Shown in pieces: positions 1 through 9,306 of a stretch of 63,234 nucleotides of DNA (position 1 is the stretch's first letter; every line of letters begins with the position of its first letter). The stretch spans positions 1 to 63,234 of the forward strand of contig CAMAXU010000004.1 in assembly GCA_945862455.1 (NCBI GenBank). Direction: 5' to 3'. A program made the translations under genes and the position numbers. Below the pieces are notes generated by a model. It was not told where the DNA came from. It made no database searches and saw only the letters and a list, made by a program, of their open reading frames with translations. The stretch comes from Rickettsia typhi (lineage in GTDB: Bacteria > Pseudomonadota > Alphaproteobacteria > Rickettsiales > UBA1997).

Positions 1-744
1 GGTCTTTTCCATTAAATCTTTTTTTGCCAAAGTAATGATGATAAATTTTCCAAAGAAAATTGATTCAAAAATAAAACGCTTTTTCTTGGCCTGCTTGCGA
101 CTTAGTAAATAAGTGTTGCCCTCACCTTTTGTTAAAATTTCAGTTACAAAATCACTCAATTTTTCTTCTAAAAATTCTTCACGAATAAGGTCATCAACCA
201 AACCAATTTTTAAAGCCTTTTTAGCATCAACTGACTTTCCAGCTAAAATAATTTTTAGAGATTCTGACAAACCAACCAAAGCTGGCAATCTTTGCGTTCC
301 ACCAAAACCCGGAATGATACCAAGATTAACTTCTGGCAAACCTAAAGAAGTTTTTGGATTAGTAACAGCAAAACGATATTTACAAGCCAAAGCCAATTCC
401 AAACCACCACCTAAACAAGCGCCATTAATTATAGCAATTGTAGGAATTTTTAATTGAGAAATTTTTGTTAAAATATTTTGACCACGAGAAACTTTGGCAA
501 GAGCATCTTTCGCATTATGAATTTCTTTGATTTCATTAATGTCAGCGCCAGCAATGAAGATATCTTTTTTGTGGCTGGTAATAATTAAAACACGAATTGC
601 CTTATTGCCATCAATGACATTTATAGCTTTTTCTAACTCAGCTAAGACTGGAGCTGAAAGTTTGTTAACTTTTTCATTTGGCAAATCAAAAACCAAATTT
701 GCCACGCCATTTTTTTCAATCGTCAATGTTAATGCGTTTGTCAT
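1..744 (-). CDS. fadB: Enoyl-CoA hydratase / fatty-acid oxidation complex alpha subunit, N-terminal part (C-terminal part lies beyond window start)
   Basis: My own minus-strand translation from the ATG at 744 gives MTNALTLTIEKNGVANLVFDLPNEKVNKLS...IINGACLGGGLELALACKYR...GLPEVNLGIIPGFGGTQRLP, a crotonase-fold signature. It is absent from the ORF track because it has no stop codon in the window. The plus-strand ORFs 113-457 and 527-763 are its antisense shadows. Confidence 0.8.
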   Translation of the reverse strand, partial: MTNALTLTIEKNGVANLVFDLPNEKVNKLSAPVLAELEKAINVIDGNKAIRVLIITSHKKDIFIAGADINEIKEIHNAKDALAKVSRGQNILTKISQLKIPTIAIINGACLGGGLELALACKYRFAVTNPKTSLGLPEVNLGIIPGFGGTQRLPALVGLSESLKIILAGKSVDAKKALKIGLVDDLIREEFLEEKLSDFVTEILTKGEGNTYLLSRKQAKKKRFIFESIFFGKFIIITLAKKDLMEKT

Positions 745-843
745 GTTTTTTGTAATTTATTAGTGCGGTTTATTTTGGTTTTCTAGGCTTATAAGAAATT
801 AATGCACCCATTCAAGTTGAAGATTTGGTAGGTGTCTTCATAA

Positions 844-1782
844 TCAATTTGCTAAAAATTTTTCAATTTCCAAAGCCGCCATGCAACCGCTTCCCGCTGC
901 AGTTACGGCTTGGCGGTAGATTTTGTCTTGAATGTCGCCGGCGGCAAAAACGCCAGGAATATTTGTCGCTGTAGAATTTGGTTTGGTTGTAATGTAGCCT
1001 TCAGCGTCAATTTCTAAGCCAGTTTTTTTGAATAAATCAGAATTTGGTTTGTGACCAATGGCGATGAAAATGCCGTCGATTGGCATTTCTTTTAACGAAC
1101 CGTCAACCGTGTTTTTAAGGCGCGCGCCAGTCACTGATTTTGGATTTTCACTTCCCAAAACTTCATCCAAAGCTGCATTCCAAATCACTTCGATTTTTGG
1201 ATTTTTAAATAAACGTTCTTGCAGAATTTTTTCGGCTTTAAATTTATCGCCGCGATGAACTACATAAACTTTTTTGGCGTGATTGGTTAAATATAAAGCT
1301 TCTTCAACAGCGCTGTTGCCGCCGCCAACGACGATTACTTCTTTATTTTTAAAGAAAAATCCGTCGCAAGTTGCGCAACCCGAAACGCCAAAACCTTGGA
1401 ATTTTTTTTCCGATTCTAAACCTAGCCATTTTGCTTGCGCGCCAGTTGCGATAATAACGGCATCAGCTTCAAAAACATCTTCAGATTCGCCAATTAAACG
1501 AAATGGACGCGCCGAAAAATCTACTTCTTTAATATGATCGTGAAAAATTTTAGTACCAACGTGAATTGCTTGTTTTTCCATTTGCTCCATTAGCCACGGA
1601 CCTTGAATAACATCGGCAAAACCTGGATAATTTTCTACATCAGTTGTGATTGTAAGTTGGCCGCCAGGTTGAATGCCGTTAATCATAATTGGTTCATGAT
1701 TGGCGCGCGCTGCGTAAATTGCGGCGCTAAATCCTGCAGGACCAGAGCCGATTATTGCTACTTTTGTTTTATAAGTTGTCAT
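844..1782 (-). CDS. trxB: Thioredoxin reductase
   Basis: 312 aa. FAD motif IIGSGPAGFSAAIYAARA, redox-active CATCDG, NADPH motif VVGGGNSAVEEA. Confidence 0.95.
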   Translation of the reverse strand: MTTYKTKVAIIGSGPAGFSAAIYAARANHEPIMINGIQPGGQLTITTDVENYPGFADVIQGPWLMEQMEKQAIHVGTKIFHDHIKEVDFSARPFRLIGESEDVFEADAVIIATGAQAKWLGLESEKKFQGFGVSGCATCDGFFFKNKEVIVVGGGNSAVEEALYLTNHAKKVYVVHRGDKFKAEKILQERLFKNPKIEVIWNAALDEVLGSENPKSVTGARLKNTVDGSLKEMPIDGIFIAIGHKPNSDLFKKTGLEIDAEGYITTKPNSTATNIPGVFAAGDIQDKIYRQAVTAAGSGCMAALEIEKFLAN

Positions 1783-1868
1783 TTTTAAATAAAATTTTGT
1801 TAAAAAATTGAAGCCGTCTTTAATTTTTTATCCCGATATAAATTAAAATTTTTGTCAGAAAAATTTTA

Positions 1869-2606
1869 CTAATTCATGAACATTCCGCCATTCACATGCA
1901 GAGTATGTCCCGTGATATATCCCGCATCGTCACTAGCTAGAAAGGCTACAGCTTTTGCGATGTCTGATGATTCGCCCATTTTTCCTGCCGGAATTTTATT
2001 CAAAATCGTTTCTCTTTGTACGTCATTCAAAATATCAGTCATCGGGCTTTGAATGAAACCGGGAGCCACACAGTTAATAGTAATTCCACGAGTCGCAACT
2101 TCTTGCGCCAAAGATTTGCTCATGCCAATCATGCCGGCTTTAGAAGCAACATAATTACATTGTCCGGGATTTCCGGTAACGCCCACAACTGAAGCGATAT
2201 TAATGATGCGACCATATTTTCGGCGCATCATTTTTTTAATCGCGTTGCGGTTTAAAATGAAAGTCGATTTTAAGTTCACATCTAAAACATGATTAAAATC
2301 GTCATCTTTCATGCGCAATATTAAATTGTCTTTGGTGATTCCAGCGTTACAAACCAAAATATCAATTTGACCAACAAGCTCTTCAGCCTTGTCAAATAAG
2401 GCATCAACTGCTGCTGTATCTGATAAATTACAGGCTACATATTTTACATCGCCACCAATTTCAGCCGCTAATTCCTGCAATTTTTCTTCTTTAGTTGAAG
2501 ACAAAACCACTTTCGCACCTTGACTAGCCAAAGCTTTGGCAATTTCAGATCCAATTCCACCAGTTGCGCCGGTTACTAATGCATTTTTTCCTGTAAGTTT
2601 GAACAT
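1869..2606 (-). CDS. fabG: 3-oxoacyl-[ACP] reductase (SDR)
   Basis: 245 aa. TGATGGIG cofactor motif, NAG, and catalytic YxxxK (YVASKAG). Confidence 0.9.
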   Translation of the reverse strand: MFKLTGKNALVTGATGGIGSEIAKALASQGAKVVLSSTKEEKLQELAAEIGGDVKYVACNLSDTAAVDALFDKAEELVGQIDILVCNAGITKDNLILRMKDDDFNHVLDVNLKSTFILNRNAIKKMMRRKYGRIINIASVVGVTGNPGQCNYVASKAGMIGMSKSLAQEVATRGITINCVAPGFIQSPMTDILNDVQRETILNKIPAGKMGESSDIAKAVAFLASDDAGYITGHTLHVNGGMFMN

Positions 2607-2627
2607 AAGTTTAATTATAATTTGTTA

Positions 2628-3356
2628 TTATTTTCCGATAATTTCCATTAAGCGGTTCATTTTTTCGAGGTCTTTTTTGTTATAGCCCGAATTTTCTAAA
2701 GCCTTATCCAATTCGGATGAATTTTCCTCAACAACTTTTTTAACTTTTTTAGAATTTTTTTGATCGATTACTTCATCGATTTTTTCATCAAGATTATTTG
2801 ATTTCGGCATTACATATTCAAAGTTTTGCGCCGCTGCATCAAAATATAATTTAACCGCCGGATCAAGCATTTGGGCAGAGAATTTTAGAATATCGTGAGA
2901 TTTAGCTTCTTTATACCAAATTGGTAATTCCACAGAAGATTCTTCAATTTTTTTGTTAAGCAAAAATCCGTAAAGATTGAAAGCGAGTGAAACAATAAAA
3001 CCAAAAACTAAAATAGTTTTCACCAAACCGTAAAATACGCCAAGCGAACGATCAAATGCTTTTGGCATTTTTTCTTTTAACGCATCACGCAAGCCGGAAG
3101 TTGAAATTGCGCAAACAAAAAATACTAAAACAAAAATTAAGCTGCGCGCTGTGATGTCACTAACCAAAGCATTTTGGGAATATTTTTCGATTAATTCTGC
3201 GCCGTAAGGTGCTAGAACGTAAGAAAGTATGAGCGCTAAAATCCAGTTTAATAAAGCAAAAATTTCTTTGACAAAACCGCGAAAGAAAGCTGTTGCAACG
3301 AAGATTAAAATGAAGGCTAAAAAAGCCAAATCGAGCATGTTTAGACTGGAAGACAT
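2628..3356 (-). CDS. cvpA: CvpA-family membrane protein with a long hydrophilic C-terminal extension
   Basis: The N-terminal ~150 aa have 4 TM segments and the FRGFVKEIFAL motif typical of CvpA. The C-terminal ~90 aa are K/E-rich. The start could be the internal MLDLAF. Confidence 0.7.
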   Translation of the reverse strand: MSSSLNMLDLAFLAFILIFVATAFFRGFVKEIFALLNWILALILSYVLAPYGAELIEKYSQNALVSDITARSLIFVLVFFVCAISTSGLRDALKEKMPKAFDRSLGVFYGLVKTILVFGFIVSLAFNLYGFLLNKKIEESSVELPIWYKEAKSHDILKFSAQMLDPAVKLYFDAAAQNFEYVMPKSNNLDEKIDEVIDQKNSKKVKKVVEENSSELDKALENSGYNKKDLEKMNRLMEIIGK

Positions 3357-3499
3357 TTTGTTAAATTTCTTGTTTGTAGTAAGTCAAATTTGACTTTGTT
3401 GAATTTGATAATTTTGAATTGATTTGCAGCTATTGAATTGCCGCATCCGCAATAATTTTTGGTTTTTAAAAATCGGCTTCTGCGATCAATTTGCATATT

Positions 3500-4216
3500 T
3501 TACTTGAACTTAATCAATCGAAAAAATGGCAGATCTTTTATAAATTCTTTTGGTGTTTTTATTTTGCCTTCGTCATTTAAAAGCGATTGTTCGAACGCTT
3601 TTTTAAACTGATGTTTTCTTTTTTCAAACTTCATCACTTTTTCAATTTGTGCGTCAATAAAGTTTTTGGTTTTAATAAAATCATGCGATTCATCTTTTAC
3701 AAAAACCAGCAAACTACGCAAAATAATTTTTGAAAGAGTTAATCTTTTTGTGTAAAAATTAAAATCTGTCGATTGATCGTTAATGCTTTTCCAGATTGAA
3801 TCTGCAACCAAGTAACCTGACTTTAAACCATTAATCATCGGTCTTGCACCAATTTCGAACGAAGAAAAATTTTTAGGATTGATGTAAAAATTAATCAATC
3901 TTTGAAGCGTGATTTGATTATTTTTTTCAACTTCAAACCTCGCATAAAGCGCCTGACGAATTTTTAAGCGAATTTTTTCGTTGTGAAAATTTGGAATTTC
4001 AGAAATTTTTTCAAGCGCTTTCTGGTTTTGATATTCAATATAAAATTCTGCTAAATCGAGCAAACCATTTTCAAAAATCAGATCGCTAAATTTTTCTTCA
4101 ATTCCAGCTTTAGAAACAGCTTTCAGAAGCCCTTCTTTGCTCCATCCGTCAAATGGACAAATTTTTAGAAATTCCCGCAGGATTTTTTCTCTGGTTTCAA
4201 ATGAATCAAGAAGCAC
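3500..4216 (-). CDS. COQ9-family protein (rpsU-divergently-transcribed protein family)
   Basis: 238 aa. REKIL..FL....FDGWS N-terminus, and overall length and pattern match alphaproteobacterial COQ9 homologues as I recall them. Confidence 0.65.
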   Translation of the reverse strand: MLLDSFETREKILREFLKICPFDGWSKEGLLKAVSKAGIEEKFSDLIFENGLLDLAEFYIEYQNQKALEKISEIPNFHNEKIRLKIRQALYARFEVEKNNQITLQRLINFYINPKNFSSFEIGARPMINGLKSGYLVADSIWKSINDQSTDFNFYTKRLTLSKIILRSLLVFVKDESHDFIKTKNFIDAQIEKVMKFEKRKHQFKKAFEQSLLNDEGKIKTPKEFIKDLPFFRLIKFK

Positions 4217-4300
4217 AAAAAAACAATTTTAGATTTAAATTAAAGAACTAAAGAAGTGAGACTGATTTCTAAATCTTAATTTCTAATCTAAAATCAAAAA

Positions 4301-5479
4301 ATGACCACATCGACAAAACTTCTTCCCGTTCACAAAAGATTCGACATCACTTTTTCTCATGGCGAAGGAGTTTATCTGTATTCAAAAGATAAAAAATACC
4401 TCGATTTTGGTGCCGGAATCGCGGTTAACGCCCTTGGACATTGTCATCCGAAAATGGTTGAGGCGATTACAAATCAAGCCAATAAATTATGGCATGTTTC
4501 TAATATCTATAACATTAACGAGTTAAATAATTACGCTGAAAAACTAGTTGATAACACTTTTGCTGATTATGCATTTTTTTGTAATTCTGGCGCTGAAAGC
4601 ATTGAATGCGCGATCAAAATGATAAGACGTTATTTTTACACCCACAATCAACCGCATAAATATAGAATCATAACTTTCACTGGCGCATTTCATGGCAGAA
4701 CCATGGCGACAATTTCTGCGGCAGCGAAGAAAAAATATTTAGAAGGTTTTGAGCCCGCCCTTTCCGGTTTTGATAATGTTGAATTTGGAAATATCGAAGC
4801 AGTTAGAAATGCGATTGATGAAAATACTGCTGGCATTTTAATTGAGCCAATTCAAGGCGAAGAAGGAATTAAAGTTTCAACTAAAGAATTCATTTCCCAG
4901 TTAAGAGAGTTGGCAACTGAAAAAGGTTTATTGCTAGCATTTGACGAGGTGCAATGCGGCATGGGAAGAACGGGGCATCTTTTTGCTTATGAATATTACG
5001 GCGTAAAACCTGATATTGTCTCAACTGCCAAAGCAATTGCTGGTGGATTCCCTTTGGGCGCATGTCTTGCCACCAAAGAAGCAGCGAGCGGAATGACTTT
5101 AGGAGTTCACGGCACAACTTACGGCGGAAACCCGCTGGCAATGGCTGTAGCCGAATCGGTTTTAGATATTATGCTCGAAGCAGATTTTATGAATAATGTG
5201 AATCAAGTTGCAAAAGAATTAAAAAGCGGACTTCAAAATTTAGAAATGAAATATCCCAACGTCATAAAAGAAGTGCGCGGCGTTGGTTTAATGCTTGGAA
5301 TCAGAATTGATGATAAAATTGAAAATACCGAGTTTGTAAAAAAGCTAATTGAAAATGGCTTATTAACAATTCCCGCTGGCGATAATGTGGTGAGAATTTT
5401 ACCTCCGCTTATTATTGCATTTAAGCATGTTAATGAAGCCTTGGATAAAATCGAAAAATCAGTTTTGGCGTTTATTTAA
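4301..5479 (+). CDS. argD: Acetylornithine / succinyldiaminopimelate-type class-III aminotransferase
   Basis: 392 aa. FCNSGAES, DEVQCGMGRTG, and PLP-lysine context STAKAIAGG. Confidence 0.88.
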   Translation: MTTSTKLLPVHKRFDITFSHGEGVYLYSKDKKYLDFGAGIAVNALGHCHPKMVEAITNQANKLWHVSNIYNINELNNYAEKLVDNTFADYAFFCNSGAESIECAIKMIRRYFYTHNQPHKYRIITFTGAFHGRTMATISAAAKKKYLEGFEPALSGFDNVEFGNIEAVRNAIDENTAGILIEPIQGEEGIKVSTKEFISQLRELATEKGLLLAFDEVQCGMGRTGHLFAYEYYGVKPDIVSTAKAIAGGFPLGACLATKEAASGMTLGVHGTTYGGNPLAMAVAESVLDIMLEADFMNNVNQVAKELKSGLQNLEMKYPNVIKEVRGVGLMLGIRIDDKIENTEFVKKLIENGLLTIPAGDNVVRILPPLIIAFKHVNEALDKIEKSVLAFI

Positions 5480-5881
5480 AAATTTTGGTAATATATCAAA
5501 CTAAAATTTTTGAAAAATATCTGGATATATTTTGAGAAATTTCACCAAAAAAAGTATTTTTAAAAAAATGAGTGTTTTTTTTCTTGCTTTCAAGCAACTC
5601 AAACAAGCTTTTGTGGGATTTTTTTATTTTTTCAAAATAGAAATAATTAGTTTTTGATAGAAAAATATGAACAAAAACTTGCTCAAAATGCTTACTAAAA
5701 TTGGTAAGGAAAGATGCTAAAAAAAGGTAAACAAAGCCTACAGATAAAACTCATGTAATTATTTATAAACAATCGAAGCAATCATCAGTTTAAATACATC
5801 ATACTTAAAAAATTTAAATATTCCGCCAACAAATAATCACTTCGAAGACATGTTTGGAGACATCGAAGAAAGAGTAAAAAT

Positions 5882-6856
5882 TCACCGCTGACTTACCAAA
5901 AACCGGTTAAAACTTTTTATCAACAAAGGATTTCTTACCGATGTTTCTGGGTTTGGATTAAAAATTTTAAAAGCTGAAATAATTTTTTCTTTACCAACTT
6001 TAGAAATTAAATTTTGAGCATCTTTGATTAAAATTTCTAACAATGGCGAGTTAAAAGGATCATTAAAAATGTCCTCATTATTTTTTTTTGTAACTATATA
6101 AAACGCAACTTCTTGCACTGTCTGATTATAACAATCATAAGAAAATTCTTTTAGTTCAGGATCGTTATCAAAATTATCTTTGGTTAATACATTTTTAGCA
6201 AACTTGACTTCGTCGTGAGCACGAATTTTTCCACTATAAAATAAATCTATTATTTTATTTGGTGACTCGATCAATGAACTGAATTTAGCTTCTGGCTGAC
6301 TTTCATCTTCAATAACTAATTTAAAAAAACTCCCCTCATCTTTTTTGTAAAAAACTATTTGATCAATTTCTTTAACAAGTTCCTCATGTGCGCAAATAGA
6401 CTCGATCGATTCATCAATGCTATTAAGACCGGTTATGCATGGTATTACTGCATTAATATCGGTAATTGCTGTTTCATTATATGATATTAAGACAGAATTT
6501 ACCCCATTATTTTTTTGCTGAAACTTTTGATAAAGAGCTAATAAAGCCGGAATTGTGATTAATGGATAAGTATCGCAATTAAGATTTGTCGTTGTCTCTA
6601 AATTGCTGTAAGAATCACCGATAAAAGCACGGGTAATTCCAGAGGCTGGAGCAAGAAAAGCAGCATTACTCGAGCTATATATTTCCATCGGTATTCCAGG
6701 GAAAACCACGCTAGCTGGACCTTCAGCCCGAAAACCATCATCAAGAACTCTAAGTACAAAAGGCTGATAAAGATTGAACCTTTTATCTGCTTCATTGAAG
6801 CGATAAGGATTTATTTTTGGGAATAATGAAAAATTTCTAAAAATTTTTGGCCGCAA
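5882..6856 (-). CDS. Hypothetical protein, no recognisable domain (orphan)
   Basis: 324-aa open frame with no signal peptide or TM segment. The track start is a TTG without an SD, and the first ATG is at codon 57. Unusually long non-coding DNA flanks it on both sides. Confidence 0.5.
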   Translation of the reverse strand: MRPKIFRNFSLFPKINPYRFNEADKRFNLYQPFVLRVLDDGFRAEGPASVVFPGIPMEIYSSSNAAFLAPASGITRAFIGDSYSNLETTTNLNCDTYPLITIPALLALYQKFQQKNNGVNSVLISYNETAITDINAVIPCITGLNSIDESIESICAHEELVKEIDQIVFYKKDEGSFFKLVIEDESQPEAKFSSLIESPNKIIDLFYSGKIRAHDEVKFAKNVLTKDNFDNDPELKEFSYDCYNQTVQEVAFYIVTKKNNEDIFNDPFNSPLLEILIKDAQNLISKVGKEKIISAFKIFNPNPETSVRNPLLIKSFNRFLVSQR

Positions 6857-7027
6857 AGTTTAAATAGTTAATTTAGAATAAATATAAACCAAACTATGGC
6901 TGAAATTTGACTTCTGTTCAGAATTAGAAATCTAGCTTTTAAATATTTTTTCAAGAATTATTTTATTGATGGTTCGGTGATTATATCTTGATTCACAAAA
7001 AAGCTCAAAGGTGACATCGATTGTGTC

Positions 7028-7969
7028 TTAAGGGATAACTACCAATGGTTCGCAAATTTCCCCACGATTTGCTGCACCTTCTTCTTTCACATCATAATTA
7101 AAAGCTTTACTCAACTTTGCTTCAAGCTGCGGATAAATTTTTGGTTTTTCTAAATTTTCAAAAGATTCATTTAAAAGTTCTTTTGTCAATTTATCACGGC
7201 GTTGTTGGGTTGCACATCCCAGTAAAACTGAAATAATTCTGCGATCTTGTCTTTTTGCCGAAGTGATTAAGTTAAATCCCGATGCTTTAGTGAAGCCAGT
7301 TTTCATGCCTTCCGCTCCCTTATAGTCAACTAAAACATGGTTGTGGGTTTCATATTTGGTGCCGCGATATTTAAATTCTTTGAGCGCAAAAAGATGATAG
7401 TATTGCGGAAAATCACGCTTAATCGCAATTGCCAAACGCGCTAAATCATAACTAGTTGTATATTGTCCTTCTGCGTGAAGTCCGCTGGCATTTCTAAAAC
7501 TGGTATTAATCATCCCTAACTCTGCCGCCTTTTCATTCATCAGACGCACAAAATTCCATTCATTGCCGCCAACTGTTTCAGCTAATGTTACTGCGGCTTC
7601 ATTAAATGATTTTACAATCACGCTGTAAATTGCATCGCGCACTGTAATTTTGTTTCCAACTTTTAAACGTAGAGTATTGGTTTTATTTACTCGCGAAATT
7701 TCTTCGCCAAGCTCGGAAATTGTTAATTCTTTATCCATTGTAAGCTGATTTTTCTCTAAAGCTTCGAAAGTTAAATAAAGCGTCATAACTTTCACCAAAG
7801 ATGCGGGATAAAATTGTTCATCGGAACGCTTTCCATATAAAATATCTCCGGTTCTTTCGTCTAAAACCAAAGAAGAATAATTAGCACTACATCCTTTTTC
7901 AGCCGCCAAAGACGTGCTTGTAGAAATGATTGCGCAAATCAGTGTCAAAAAAGTAAATTTCGTTTTCAT
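7028..7969 (-). CDS. D-alanyl-D-alanine carboxypeptidase (S11 penicillin-binding protein)
   Basis: Signal peptide plus the SxxK (ASLVK), SxN (SFNEAA) and KTG (KTGFT) triad. Overlaps the lpxB stop by 4 nt. Confidence 0.9.
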   Translation of the reverse strand: MKTKFTFLTLICAIISTSTSLAAEKGCSANYSSLVLDERTGDILYGKRSDEQFYPASLVKVMTLYLTFEALEKNQLTMDKELTISELGEEISRVNKTNTLRLKVGNKITVRDAIYSVIVKSFNEAAVTLAETVGGNEWNFVRLMNEKAAELGMINTSFRNASGLHAEGQYTTSYDLARLAIAIKRDFPQYYHLFALKEFKYRGTKYETHNHVLVDYKGAEGMKTGFTKASGFNLITSAKRQDRRIISVLLGCATQQRRDKLTKELLNESFENLEKPKIYPQLEAKLSKAFNYDVKEEGAANRGEICEPLVVIP

Positions 7970-9123
7970 AATTTTAAAATTTGCGCCGCTGCTTTTTGAC
8001 TTGGGTTTTCGTTGCTTCCAAGACCCATTAATTTAAGCGCAATTTCGCTTTCTGCGATTTGTTTTTGAGCTAGATTTTTATCCAAAATCAAACGCTCCAA
8101 ATTACTAGCAATTGCTTGTGCATTGCAATTGTCTTGAAGCATTTCCGGAATTAACTCTTTATTCAAAATCAAATTTATCAAATTAGCGAATTTAATTTTA
8201 ACCAAACTTTTTACAATAAAATGCGTGATGAAATTGATCTTGTAGGCGATGATTAATGGCAAGTGATAAAGCGAAAGCTCAAGCGCATTGGTGCCAGATT
8301 TAGCAAGTGCAAAATTTGAGGCAAAAAATGCCGAATTTTTTTCTTCTTTTTCAATTAAAAAATATTCAGTTTTTAAAGTTTTGGCCATTTCAAAAACCAA
8401 GCCGCGAGTTTTATCAACTAAAGGAATTGCCACTTTTAAATTAGGAAATTTTTCAATAAGTAAATTAATCGCGCCAATAAATTCAGGAAATATTTTTTTA
8501 ACTTCACCATTTCTGCTTCCGGGCGTGATGCAGATTAAGAGATCATTCGCAGCAACAAAATGTTCTTTTCTAAATTGCAGGTTCGCCGCTTCTTTTTTAG
8601 AAAAATCTGGTGCATTTTCAGTGATTGGATGACCAATAAAAACTGTTTTTAAACCATGTTTTTCAAAATAAGGCGGCTCAAAAGGTAATATTGCTAAAAG
8701 TAAATCGTAAAGTTTAGAAATTTTTTCAGCGCGCTTCGGTCTATAAGCCCAAACTGACGGCGCGATCATGTGAACTTTTTTTACTTTTTCTTTTTCGATT
8801 TTTTTTATCACGCGAAAGCAAAAATCTGGCGAATCAATTGTAATTACAAAATCAGGTTTTTCTGAAATAATTTTATCAGCAGTTTCACGAATCCGGCGCA
8901 GCAATTTCGGGATGTGCGGCACAATTTCAGCAAAGCCCATAATTGATAATTCTTCCATCGGAAAAATTGAAATCAAACCCTGCTCTTTCATTAATTTTCC
9001 ACCAACTCCGATAAATTGCGAATCATGATTTTGGGGATTTTGTATTTTTAATTCTTTAATGAGCTTGCTTCCGAGTAAGTCACCTGAAGCCTCGCCGGCG
9101 ATTATGAAAAATTTTTTTAACAT
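7966..9123 (-). CDS. lpxB: Lipid-A-disaccharide synthase
   Basis: 385 aa. N-terminal FIIAGEASGDLLG motif and GT19-like layout. Confidence 0.9.
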   Translation of the reverse strand: MLKKFFIIAGEASGDLLGSKLIKELKIQNPQNHDSQFIGVGGKLMKEQGLISIFPMEELSIMGFAEIVPHIPKLLRRIRETADKIISEKPDFVITIDSPDFCFRVIKKIEKEKVKKVHMIAPSVWAYRPKRAEKISKLYDLLLAILPFEPPYFEKHGLKTVFIGHPITENAPDFSKKEAANLQFRKEHFVAANDLLICITPGSRNGEVKKIFPEFIGAINLLIEKFPNLKVAIPLVDKTRGLVFEMAKTLKTEYFLIEKEEKNSAFFASNFALAKSGTNALELSLYHLPLIIAYKINFITHFIVKSLVKIKFANLINLILNKELIPEMLQDNCNAQAIASNLERLILDKNLAQKQIAESEIALKLMGLGSNENPSQKAAAQILKL

Positions 9124-9137
9124 CGAGAAAAATTAAG

Positions 9138-9295
9138 TTTAAGAATTAAGAATAGTAATTAGAGTGTTAGTCAAGATCGTATGGACCCCCTCGTTCGACG
9201 AGGTGACATGCTAAATTGTCACCCCGTCGAACGACGGGGTCCATACGATCTCTACCAAACACTGCAAACTTAAACCCTAATTCCTAATTCTTAAA
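9138..9295. repeat. 158-bp imperfect palindromic element filling the divergent lpxB/asd spacer (family copy 1)
   Basis: Inner arms 9175-9208 and 9217-9250 are 32/34 complementary around the centre TGCTAAAT. Outer arms TTTAAGAATTAAGAAT (9138-9153) and ATTCCTAATTCTTAAA (9280-9295) are 15/16 complementary. Shares the core GGACCCCGTCG..ACGGGGTGACA with copies at 13527 and 45655. Confidence 0.85.
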
Positions 9296-9306
9296 TCAAA
9301 TCTACT

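Noticed and set aside
113-763. Plus-strand ORFs 113-457 (114 aa) and 527-763 (78 aa).
   Set aside because: They lie antisense to a much better minus-strand reading, a crotonase-fold enoyl-CoA hydratase open from 744 to the window edge. Their low-complexity K/S/P-rich translations are typical antisense shadows.
3381-3396. Perfect 16-bp palindrome AAGTCAAATTTGACTT, 25 nt upstream of cvpA, considered as a possible operator.
   Set aside because: In 63 kb of AT-rich DNA, one or two perfect 16-bp palindromes are expected by chance. It has no second copy and no recognisable regulator motif.
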